A stretch of DNA of 64,000 bases, from NCBI GenBank assembly GCA_040437565.1, contig JBDOQK010000031.1, forward strand, positions 186,001-250,000, in the 5' to 3' direction. Shown here in pieces: positions 48,067 through 60,330 of this stretch. Position 1 is the first letter of the stretch; the number at the start of each line of letters is the position of its first letter. The position numbers were made by a program, and so were the translations under genes. Source of the DNA: Albugo candida (lineage: Eukaryota). The notes under the pieces are model-generated. The model made no database searches. It was not told the origin of the DNA and saw only the letters and a program-made list of their open reading frames with translations.

Positions 48067-51000
48067 ATGCTACGCGTTTCTCAGTCTCTGAGGAAGCAAG
48101 TATTTCAGAACCGAGTGACTGGTAATCGATTATGTCTGTCAACAAGTAAGAAAGTTGATCGTCGTAATGCACCACGCTTTGAGACCAAAGCAGTCTTGGA
48201 ATTCGAAGATGGTTCCAAGTATCACGGATACTCCTTCGGAGCCCCACGCTCCACCTCAGGAGAGGTTGTCTTCACAACAGGGATGGTCGGCTATCCTGAA
48301 GCATTGACAGATGCATCATTCAAAGGCCAGATTTTGAATATGACGTTCCCTATGATTGGGAACTATGGTGTTCCATGCACCAAAACACTGGATTCTATCG
48401 GACTGAATAAATACATAGAGTCGGACCGGATCCACGCCGCCGGTATGATTGTGCAAGATTATTCTAGTGTGTATAGCCATTGGAATGCATCCAGCTCGCT
48501 ATCCGAATGGCTTGTTCGTGAAAGTATTCCCGGTATTGCTGGAATCGACACAAGAGAAATCACCAAGAAGATCAGATCGAAAGGAGCTATGGCGGGCCGA
48601 ATCATCATTGGCGATGAGACCCCACCTCACTTTCAAGATCCTAATCAACAAAACTTGGTCGCTATGGTATCTACAAAAGACGTGCGCATTTTTGGAAAAG
48701 GGAATCCTTTAAAAATTCTTGCGATTGATTGTGGGATCAAATACAACATTATTCGCTCTTTGGTCTCTCGAGGCGCTGAGGTGAAGCTGGTACCGTGGAA
48801 TCACGATATTGCTTCTGAAGCGCACTGGTACGATGGTCTTTTTATCAGTAATGGTCCTGGAGATCCAGCTTTACTCGAAGAGACTACTCGTCATCTTCGA
48901 TCAGCGTTGAGTGCTGGAGGAGATGCAGTCAAACCCATATTTGGAATTTGTCTCGGTAATCAGCTTGTTGGTCGTGCAGTCGGTGCTGAGACATATAAGC
49001 TTCCATTTGGCAACCGTGGACACAATCAACCGGTCAACAATCTCAAGACAGGATTGAGTTATATCACATCTCAGAATCATGGTTACGCACTTGACGGGAA
49101 AAGCTTGCCGTCAGAATGGGAAGAGCTATTTGTCAACGGCAATGATGGAACGAATGAAGGGATCATTCACAAGACGAAGCCGATGTTCACCGCTCAATTC
49201 CATCCTGAACATTGCGGTGGTCCGACCGACACAGAGTTTCTGTTTGACATCTTCTTGGACGCGGTACGACGTAAAGAGAAAGGTCCGATCACAAGTCTCG
49301 TCCGTGCTCCAGTGATCGAACGACCTCAAGTGCAAAAGGTCTTAGTTCTTGGTTCAGGTGGTCTTTCCATCGGTCAGGCTGGTGAGTTTGATTATTCCGG
49401 ATCTCAGGCGATTAAAGCGCTGAAGGAAGAAAACATCGAAACTATTCTGATCAATCCAAACATTGCATCGGTACAAACCAACATTGACAAGTCAAGCGAC
49501 GCTCAAGCAAGCAATGTGTACTATCTTCCTGTGACCACGGATTTCGTCGAGCAAGTTATCAAGCGCGAACGTCCTGATGGAATATTGATCTCAATGGGTG
49601 GTCAAACTGCTCTGAACTGCGGAGTAGAACTTCGCAACCGTGGAATCTTGCAAAAGTATGGTGTGCGTGTTTTAGGCACCCAAATTGATGTCATCGATGC
49701 TACTGAAGACCGTGATAAATTTAACATGAAGCTCAAAGAGATTGGCGAATCGATTGCTGAGAGCTACGCAGTCAAAAGTGTGGAAGATGCTGTCATCGCT
49801 GCTCACAAGATTAAGTTCCCTGTGATGATTCGATCTGCTTTCGCACTCGGAGGACTTGGATCTGGTATTTGTGAGACAGAAAAAGATCTCCGATTGATGG
49901 CCACAAAAGCCTTCTCTGGAAGTCCTCAAATTCTGGTCGAAAGATCCATGAAAGGATGGAAAGAAGTCGAATACGAAGTTGTACGAGACGCTGCGAACAA
50001 TTGTCTGACGGTATGCAATATGGAAAATTTCGACCCTCTCGGTATTCACACTGGCGAATCAATTGTCATCGCACCATCTCAAACACTTTCCAATCGTGAG
50101 TATCACATGTTGCGTGAAACAGCTATCAAAGTTGTTCGACATCTTGGGATCATTGGAGAGTGTAACATCCAATACGCATTGAACCCACACTCGGAGGAGT
50201 ACTGCATTATCGAAGTTAATGCGCGTTTATCTCGGTCAAGCGCTTTGGCGTCTAAAGCTACTGGTTATCCGTTAGCTTTTGTCGCAGCAAAGCTGGCTCT
50301 TGGAATCAACCTTCCGGAACTCAAAAACTCGGTCACCAAGAGCACAACCGCATGCTTTGAACCATCGTTAGATTACTGTGTGACCAAAATACCTCGATGG
50401 GATTTATCGAAATTTGACAATGTTAGCACCGAAATCGGATCATCCATGAAAAGTGTCGGTGAAGTCATGTCGATTGCCCGAACCTTTGAAGAAGGTATAC
50501 AAAAAGCTCTCCGTATGGTGGAGCCTTCGATTGAAGGATTTGAACCACGCAATGCTGAAATCTCTAGAGAAGAACTTGTAGGAGGTCTTTCCCGTCCGAC
50601 AGACAAGAGGATCTATCAGATAGCATATGCTTTGAAGCATGGGATTCTCAGTGTTGATGAGATTCATGATATTACCAAGATTGATATTTGGTACTTGAGT
50701 CGGCTTCAGCGGATCGTAGACTGCGATGTAAATCTCACTGATAAATCACTTGCGGATGTGACTACTCTAGAGCTTAAAGAAGCAAAACAACTCGGATTCT
50801 CGGACCGTCAACTAGCACGGATGTTTCGATGCTCGGATGATGATGTCCGCGCTCGAAGAAAACAATGTGGAGTGGTACCTGTTGTGAAGCAAATTGATAC
50901 GTTAGCCGCAGAGTACCCAGCTCAAACGAATTACCTGTACACAACGTACAATGGTACTGAAAATGATGTAGCGGCACAGAAACCCAATGACGGCGTTTTG

Positions 51001-53987
51001 GTTCTTGGGAGCGGAGCCTACCGCATTGGAAGCTCTGTCGAGTTTGACTGGTGTGCTGTCAGCTGCATTCGTACTCTGAGAAGACTCGGCTACCGAGCTG
51101 TTATGCTCAATTACAACCCGGAAACCGTGAGCACGGATTACGACGAGTGCAACCAGTTGTATTTTGAAGAATTATCGAAGGAACGTGTCATGGATGTCTA
51201 TGAGCGTGAGGGAGTACAAGGTGTTGTTGTTTCTGTGGGTGGTCAGATCCCAAACAATCTAGCATTGCCATTGCACAAAGTCGGAGTCAAAGTCATGGGC
51301 ACGCATCCAACCATGATCGATAGTGCTGAAGATCGATACAAGTTCTCAAAGCTGATGGATCAAGCTGGAGTTCGCCAACCCGCATGGAAAGAGTTGACCA
51401 ATATGCCGGATGCCTTCAAATTTGCCAAGTCAGTCGGATATCCGTGTCTCGTAAGACCTTCCTACGTGCTCAGTGGTGCCGCTATGAATGTTGCATACAA
51501 TGACCATGATTTGGAACGTGTGCTTGGAGAAGCCGTCGACGTATCTGCCGAACATCCTGTGGTAATTACCAAATTCATTGAAGGTGCCAAAGAACTCGAA
51601 CTCGATGCTGTGGCTCGAAATGGTGAAATCATTGCTGCTGCCATCTCAGAGCATGTGGAGAACGCTGGTGTTCACAGTGGAGACGCAACCTTGATTCTAC
51701 CTCCTGTAGAAGCAAGCTCGTTCTACCTTAACCAAATTCGTGAATGCGGTAAGAAGATCGCAAAGGCATTGAANNNNNNNNNNNNNNNNNNNNNNNNNNN
51801 NNNNNNNNNNNNNNNNNNNNNNNNNNNNNNNNNNNNNNNNNNNNNNNNNNNNNNNNNNNNNNNNNNNNNNNNNAAGGTATACAAAAAGCTCTCCGTATGG
51901 TGGAGCCTTCGATTGAAGGATTTGAACCACGCAATGCTGAAATCTCTAGAGAAGAACTTGTAGGAGGTCTTTCCCGTCCGACAGACAAGAGGATCTATCA
52001 GATAGCATATGCTTTGAAGCATGGGATTCTCAGTGTTGATGAGATTCATGATATTACCAAGATTGATATTTGGTACTTGAGTCGGCTTCAGCGGATCGTA
52101 GACTGCGATGTAAATCTCACTGATAAATCACTTGCGGATGTGACTACTCTAGAGCTTAAAGAAGCAAAACAACTCGGATTCTCGGACCGTCAACTAGCAC
52201 GGATGTTTCGATGCTCGGATGATGATGTCCGCGCTCGAAGAAAACAATGTGGAGTGGTACCTGTTGTGAAGCAAATTGATACGTTAGCCGCAGAGTACCC
52301 AGCTCAAACGAATTACCTGTACACAACGTACAATGGTACTGAAAATGATGTAGCGGCACAGAAACCCAATGACGGCGTTTTGGTTCTTGGGAGCGGAGCC
52401 TACCGCATTGGAAGCTCTGTCGAGTTTGACTGGTGTGCTGTCAGCTGCATTCGTACTCTGAGAAGACTCGGCTACCGAGCTGTTATGCTCAATTACAACC
52501 CGGAAACCGTGAGCACGGATTACGACGAGTGCAACCAGTTGTATTTTGAAGAATTATCGAAGGAACGTGTCATGGATGTCTATGAGCGTGAGGGAGTACA
52601 AGGTGTTGTTGTTTCTGTGGGTGGTCAGATCCCAAACAATCTAGCATTGCCATTGCACAAAGTCGGAGTCAAAGTCATGGGCACGCATCCAACCATGATC
52701 GATAGTGCTGAAGATCGATACAAGTTCTCAAAGCTGATGGATCAAGCTGGAGTTCGCCAACCCGCATGGAAAGAGTTGACCAATATGCCGGATGCCTTCA
52801 AATTTGCCAAGTCAGTCGGATATCCGTGTCTCGTAAGACCTTCCTACGTGCTCAGTGGTGCCGCTATGAATGTTGCATACAATGACCATGATTTGGAACG
52901 TGTGCTTGGAGAAGCCGTCGACGTATCTGCCGAACATCCTGTGGTAATTACCAAATTCATTGAAGGTGCCAAAGAACTCGAACTCGATGCTGTGGCTCGA
53001 AATGGTGAAATCATTGCTGCTGCCATCTCAGAGCATGTGGAGAACGCTGGTGTTCACAGTGGAGACGCAACCTTGATTCTACCTCCTGTAGAAGCAAGCT
53101 CGTTCTACCTTAACCAAATTCGTGAATGCGGTAAGAAGATCGCAAAGGCATTGAACATTTCAGGTCCATTCAATGCTCAGTTTCTGGCAAAGGGAGCTGA
53201 TGTGAGCGTTATCGAATGTAATTTGCGAGCCTCTCGATCGTTCCCATTTGTGTCCAAAACGGTGAGTGCAGATTTCATTCAGGCAGCCACTAAAGTTATG
53301 GTTGGAGAATCCACGGAGAGCGACAATCTTCCTGCATTATTTGGGCCAAAACGGCCTGAAGGGTACGTGGGCATCAAAGCTCCCATGTTTTCTTACACTC
53401 GTCTCGGCGGAGCCGATCCATTATTAGGCGTGGAGATGGCTTCTACCGGGGAAGTGGCGTGCTTTGGGAAGAACAGACCAGAAGCGTTCTTGAAAGCTTT
53501 GCTTTCTTCCAACTTTAAGCTTCCTAAAGAGAATATCTTGCTCTCGATGCAAGACAAATTCTCTGATGACTTTATCCACGCCGCCTACCAGCTCCACGAA
53601 CTGGGATACAACTTGTTTGCGACCGAAAAAACTCACAAATTCTTGCACAAGTACGACATCCCTTCGACCAAAGTTGATTTTCCAACACACGGAGACAGCC
53701 AGCACGATGTCATCAACTTTATCAAAGAAGGCAAAATCGATCTGGTGGTGAATTTACCCAACAGCGAAAGTAAGCAATTGGAGAACAATTACCTGATCCG
53801 TCGAACCGCAGTTGATTTTTCAATTCCTGTTCTTACCAACATCAGCTTGGTTAAGATGTTTGTCGAAGCCATGGCCATTCACAAGAAGAAGCCTTTGCTT
53901 GGTTTGGATGCTGATAGCTTATTTGATTATTACGAAAGAGAAGATCGCGAAGAGAAAGCGTGGACAGGAGTGAATGAATTCCATTAG
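48067..53987 (+). CDS. Fused glutaminase + synthetase carbamoyl-phosphate synthase, CPS III/CPS1-like, mitochondrial (about 1512 aa after collapsing 50492-51773 = 51874-53155)
   Basis: Small-subunit motifs GEVVFTTGMVGYPEALTD, SNGPGDP, PIFGICLGNQ and QFHPE; two ATP-grasp repeats (GSGGLSIGQAGEFDYSG, GSGAYRIGSSVEFDW); MGS-like tail. No DHOase/ATCase follows. N-terminal presequence. Confidence 0.96.
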
Positions 53988-54475
53988 TCCAAGCGATAGA
54001 GTAAAGATAAATGCACTACTCATCATTTCATTGATATAAGCGCTGCATTCACAAATTGCTATTATCCGACCTGAGTAGTCGATACCAACAAACGCATTGA
54101 CGGGCACAAGGCCTAAGATGTATGCTATTTTGCCTGAGTACACGTTTCTACTAACTCGTACAGATAGTGAGCTTTCATGATGGAATGCGATCACGAGCTT
54201 AGTAAACGTCTATCGAGTATTCCAGAGACATTCGGCCTAATTGCGCCTGGCCGTGCTAGGCGTTGGTATCAAAGCAATCAGATTCTGTCATAGTCTGTTC
54301 TTCAAACTATTTTATCATCAGGGGTTTCGATAGAGCATCGATCGCTCACTTCCACTGTTCTATCACCCATTTCCAGATAGGACAGGCTGAAGCAGATCGT
54401 CTCGATCGCTATGACGACTGGTCGTGGGGCATTTGAGCATTGAAAACAGCGCAGCCCCAGAAGCGCTCGGAATGC

Positions 54476-57400
54476 ATGGAATATCTTGAAGCATCTCACG
54501 ACTCAAAATCTTCATTTTGCGACTTGATTTGGAGTGAGATCAATTTGCAAGTATATCGCTTCTTCGTGCATCGTTACGATCAGAACAAGCTATCCGCTGC
54601 GACGCAGTCAGACGATCTTTCTCAATCGGTCTTTGAGCTGCTCATCTCTCAATGTCAAGGATATCTACAGGCAGCAGAAAAGCGCAAAGGCTACGGACCC
54701 ACGTCCTTTGTGCACACTCCTGTGGAATTGGATGCAGATGTTGTGACAGTTGAATCGATTACAAACATAATCGAACCCCATGAGACGATCGGGGAAGCTC
54801 TGCTTTTGCATTTGCTTACTCAGTGTACCCATCAGCGCGTCCAGAGACAACGCAATGCGATTGACGAAAGGATGCGTATCTTGAATACACTGGAGACTAT
54901 ATTACGAGACCTGGAAGCAAAAGAACTTTGGGTACATTATGCTATTCACCAAACACTGATATAAGGAGCTGAGATTGTATTTACAGACGCGTACCTGCGT
55001 AAGAAAAGTTATTGGGGAGGAAGATTCCCTTGTAGGGCTCCAGAAGCTTCTTTATGAGGAATTTGTGCAGTACGAAGCTTCATGTTCCACGGTGGAAAAC
55101 GTGCACTTTGAGCAAGCACATGTAGTCGATTTACATGCAAAAGCAAATGAGATATGTGAGCTGCATCAGAAAATCGTGAGGATGGAGCGAAGACAGAAAC
55201 AACTTGTGAGTGGCTTTGCATCCGTAGTTATCACTGCCTCTGACCAAGCACATAGAATGAGAAATCCCCAGCTTCTAGTCAAGAGGATGACCGAGGCGAG
55301 CTCCGTGGCCCTTCCTTGATAACCTGGCATCAGGATGGTACCAATAAGGTATGTTGGTGCTTAACGGCGGGGCACACGTAGTTAGTTGATCGAGCTTGTC
55401 TAGAAGCAACTAAACGAGAAGTTCGATCCTGCCGAAAGTGACGACGGCGCAAACAGTAAGAAAGTGGATGCCCAAGTTCATTCCTTGCAAAGTAAACTCG
55501 AATCAAAGTGCCAAGAAATCACTTTGATCAATCAAGAAAAGGATAAAGCCATCGAGTACCTACGTAAGAAGAGCAACGAACAGGAAGCTCTTTTAAGAAG
55601 CTTGAACCTGCAGTTGATGGCGTCTAATAGCTATGACTTGTCACGACAATACGGCACGATTTCCAACTTGCAGGCAAACGTGGAAGGCTTGGAAAATGAA
55701 CTTGATCGGGTGCGAGGAGAAAAAGACCAACTATCAGCCAAGCTAGCTGGAAAGACGGAGATAATGGCATCGATACGCGCTGAGAACGTCCAACTTGCAA
55801 GCGAATCACATGAAATACGAAAAAAGATGAAGCATGCGGAGGAGAGACAAAAGCAGAAGCTGCAGGAAAGAAAAAAGTTACAAAATCGTATAAATTCCAC
55901 CAGTAATGCAATAAAGGAAGAACGCAATCGGTCACATACGCTGGAAAAAAGAATATACGAATTGGAGACTGGCTTAGCACGGGCCACAGAGATTTCGGAT
56001 TTGAATCAGGATCAAGTCTCCATGCTCCGGAAAAAAATGGATGAAGCCGTATTACAAACAAACGAAGAGCGTATGATTAGATTCGCTGCGGAACAAAATG
56101 CTTTGATTATTGCAACGAAAATGCGAGCTTTGGAAAATGAACTCACGAGTTTGACAGTGACAAATGAAAAGCTGACGAATATATGCCTTGCGAAAGATCA
56201 AGCTATGAATGATTACAAGCAGCAAAGAGCCCTTCTGGACTTGGAAAATCGTTTGTTACACCAAAGTATCGATGGGACTCAGTCCACAGATAATAAGGCC
56301 TTCAGGAATGAGGCTACCACAGTTATCGATGTAGATCGAATAAAAACGAACGCGTCGGATTTGAAACCTTCCGTCCCCAAAGTATCAGAATGCTTGCCGC
56401 ACCAAACTAATGTCGTATTGTTGGATACTTCCATTTTTATAGAGTCATTGGAAATCACGTCAAATCGTTTGATAGCTGACTGTTGTCGTGTACTGGATCA
56501 GTACAGCTCACGACTACGATCGCTACAATTGTCAATGTCGAAGCATACGCTGCAACGGAGGCACCAAGACCATATAATTGCCCAAAATTCAAAATCGCCA
56601 ATTGCCAATTTTGGAATAAAAACTGATGTAAAGCAATACGGAATGCAAGAATCCTTCGAGATGACGAGATCTTCCGCTTCTCATCCAATGCATAGAGGCC
56701 TCAATATCGATCGAGGATGTATATCTGTGAAAAAAAAGATCCATTACATAGTGCCAAAATACCAAACTGGGCGATTGCAAGGTTCAAAGATGCGCAAACC
56801 AACACCTGTTGCCTCTGCGCTATTCGGTCCAACCTCAACTCGTTCGTGTTTGCGATGTTGCATTCTCAAGCAAGTACCACATGCTTTCAAATGCACCAAA
56901 TCGACCTCTTTTAGTCACACTCTTTGCCAGCCTCGAGACACTTGTCAGGACAATCCCAAAGCTAATTTGGCGATAATGCGATGGAATTACATGACAATGA
57001 TAATCCTTTTGCAATTACAGAAGGTTCAACGACGTGTTCACTTTTGCGATATAGTGCGAACAATCAATAAAAAGCACCGGATTGTCGACAAAGCAGAGCA
57101 ATTATATCGAAGTCGAGGTACAAATCACTACGTATTAAGTACTATTGCAGTAGGCTCTTGCTTTCGACAATGGTGTGACTGTGTTCGAACCCGTCGATCA
57201 AAACAAGATAGGCAGACTCAAACAGAGATCGAAAATGTGACGATCAGGGTACACAGCAATGAATTCCAAGAATGTGTGCAATCATTGAATCGTGTGATTG
57301 GGCTTTTAAACCAATTTGGGCTTCANNNNNNNNNNNNNNNNNNNNNNNNNNNNNNNNNNNNNNNNNNNNNNNNNNNNNNNNNNNNNNNNNNNNNNNNNNN

Positions 57401-58029
57401 NNNNNNNNNNNNNNNNNNNNNNNNNTGAATTCCAAGAATGTGTGCAATCATTGAATCGTGTGATTGGGCTTTTAAACCAATTTGGGCTTCAGCAGCAAAA
57501 TGAAGGTGCATCCGGGGCCACAGGGGACGCAAAGCAATTGAAACTTTGCTGTGTGGAAATCACCAGAGGCTTAGAGTATCACATGGGCGTTTGGAATAAA
57601 ACGAAAAGTCTGGTCCATATAGCCCAAAAAGAAGCACGACAACTGCGGGAATTACACCTCATCAATGAACGTTTGATCACTCAGATGGAGAAAAGAGATG
57701 CAAGAAAGCAGGCGGAGCTCACGCACGCATTTAGTTTGCTCTGTGCAACCATACAAGAGCTCCAGGAAAATCCAAAACCATCAAATAGTGATCGTGATCG
57801 ATACAAACACGCTATCCAATGTTTTGGACACATTCTCCATGGCGAATTTGTCCCTGCACGCACCACATGTTACACACATGCTTCCATCAAAAGAATGATG
57901 CTGAAAATACAGAAGGAACAAGCTCGGATACTACAAACAACTCATCGCCAGTTTGCGGATGACAACATAAAGCTATTACAAGATGCGGTCCGAGTGCTGA
58001 AGCAGGGAAAACGCATCAACGAGCATTAA
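54476..58029 (+). CDS. Hypothetical long coiled-coil protein, multi-exon (start and exon structure approximate)
   Basis: Successive ORFs (54440, 54975, 55464, 57316) can be linked by short introns such as 54932-54986 and by a gap duplication (57260-57325 = 57426-57491). Heptad-rich E/K/Q/L sequence; no recognised family. Confidence 0.6.
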
Positions 58030-58081
58030 AGAGCCGATAAACGATGCTTCTCATCCGAACTTAAATTAAGTACGAGATCCA

Positions 58082-59172
58082 ATGCACGGACGCGTGAAAA
58101 GTGTCGAACGCGCTATCGATGAAAAGAAGACGGAAAATGATCGTATAGAGGATCTTAATAAAGTGAAGATGTATAAAGATATCGTATCAAAGGTTTTACG
58201 TATGAAAAATGAGAGCGTATATGATGCACAAGTCGCTTTACCGCTCACACGCCATCTGTTATTACTAAATCAAGAATTTCATATCGTTTGGGGATATCGT
58301 CGTGCGATAATTTTACACATGTCGAAAAAAGAAGACATCACCGAAAGGAGTAAGATGGATCTCGGAAAAGAAGAGTTGAAGCTTACTTTTGTACGTTGAC
58401 ATGCCGCAATGTGTTTGAGCGCTCTTCGATTCATTTTGCTTAGGAAGCCTTACAACGCAACCCAAAATCCTATGCAGCGTGGTTTCATCGACAATGGGTA
58501 CTAGATAGAAACTTGGTTGAAAATGTGCAGAAAGAAATACATTTGTGTGAAAAGTTGTTGGAGTTGGATGAACGCAATTTCCATTGCTGGAATTACAGGC
58601 GATATGTTGCAAAGAAAATTGGCATGGGTCGTGAAGAAGAATTACAATTTTCAACGATCAAAATAGAGCAAAACTTTTCCAATTACTCGGTAGGGTCTAC
58701 AATGAGCTTGTAAAGTGTATTCTCACAACTTTCACAGGCTCTTCATCATCGAACTATATCGTTGCCAACACCTCTCACGAAAGATATTATTCTGGAAGAA
58801 ATCAATCTGGTTCAGCAAGCAGTTTTTACAGAGCCGGACGATCAGAGTGTTTGGTTTTACTACCGTTGGCTCATTCAGAATGCTGTCGATCTTGGAAAGA
58901 ATGAGACGACATCCGAGTCTTTTGGCTTGCACAGCTTTATTCAATCGCAAATCATATGGGTTCAGGAGCTTTATGAAATGGAAGCTTCAGCAAAATGGGT
59001 GCTTGTGACATTGGCTGCATTACACGACCGATTGTGCATCCTCACAACAAATGGAGCTGATGCCCAGGACACGCGAGATAAAAGTCAAGCGCTTTACCGA
59101 AAGTTATGCGACCACATCGATCCAAATCATAAACACTATTATGAATACCGCATTAAACATTTCACAACATAA
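58082..59172 (+). CDS. RABGGTA: Rab geranylgeranyltransferase (GGTase II) alpha subunit, 3 exons
   Basis: Diagnostic MHGR start; PPTA repeats NPKSYAAWFHRQW, DERNFHCWNYRRY, NFSNYS and FTEPDDQSVWFYYRWL. Confidence 0.93.
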
Positions 59173-59219
59173 CCCATAAACACTGAATTCTAGCTGTGTT
59201 AAGTACCAGGAACGTTTCA

Positions 59220-60266
59220 ATGCATCGATCTCCATGTTCTTTATGTCGCTTACACTGCGCTTCATTCTACTGCCCGAGCTGCATCAATGAGCTCCTACAG
59301 CAGCGGAGAGTGCTGTTACAAGCGCTAAAGGCCGACGTCGCTGTTCTTCGCAAGAAAATAGAGATTTCGATTCACGTACGTTGTATCACAACTAGCAAAA
59401 GCATTCGATGCTTCCACTACCCTTACAATAGCAACAGCAGCACGTCGTGCAAGCAGAGTATGACCTGAATCAACAAACGGAAGCAGTAGAGTCGCTAACG
59501 ACTCAAGTGCTCCATCAAAGAGAGAAATTATGTCATGGTAAGTCTCCTTACTCAGTCTATAATGCTTGCTAATTGAACGCAATAGAACGGCTCAAGGCAA
59601 TCGAGAGGATATCATCGCTAGAACATCAGTCGGAGGAGCTAGGAAATGCACAACAAGTTGTTCAAAAAAGTCAGCAACGCTCAGAGGAGTTTCATGTCGC
59701 TATCCTCCAGAGTTTGGATGTGGAAATGGGTCACGCAAAACAGGTTTCAATCTATTTGACGATCCGCCATTTTGATTCATTTACTATGTGTCTCAATTCA
59801 AAAGAGTGTGCGGAGTGTTCGGGGCGAGAAAATTCGTCAGCTTTTTGCGTTGTTTGGGTTGAAGACTGAGTCGAGTCCGTCCGCGGAGAATGGTGTAGCA
59901 CAGCAGACATTCTTCCGATCCATTGTATCGCTTCCTGTTCCAATCTCTGGACGTTTCGAAATAGTTCCAGTCAAAGTAATGGCCGCAGCCTTTGGCAAAA
60001 TTGTACATCTTCTTCAGTGTCTGACGAAATATCTCACTATCGAGTATCCGCATCCCATGGTGCTTAATGGCTCCTATTCAACGATTGGTACCATGAATGA
60101 AGGCGCTGGGTGTCATATATTGTATCCAGATGGTTCGCCAGGCTTTCAGCGAGGAGTTGAAATGCTCTACGAGAACATATCATGCTTGTGCAAAGCTCAA
60201 AATGTGCCTCTACAAAATTTGCATGAGACCGATATACTTGGAAATTTGCTGAAAATTCTACCCTGA
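59220..60266 (+). CDS. ATG14/Vps38-like PI3K complex subunit, multi-exon
   Basis: N-terminal CSLC...YCPSC zinc pair, coiled coil, then AAAFGKIVHLLQCLTKYL.IEYPHPM and FQRGVEMLYENISCLC...ILGNL. Confidence 0.75.
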
Positions 60267-60330
60267 TGGCATCTTTCAAGGACCCGAGTCAAACGTTGAC
60301 GATGAATAGTTTAGTTGGGCAATAGATCAA

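Noticed and set aside
51897-53987. Separate CPS large-subunit gene or internal domain triplication
   Set aside because: Removing the 1282-bp overlap gives one normal-length CPS.
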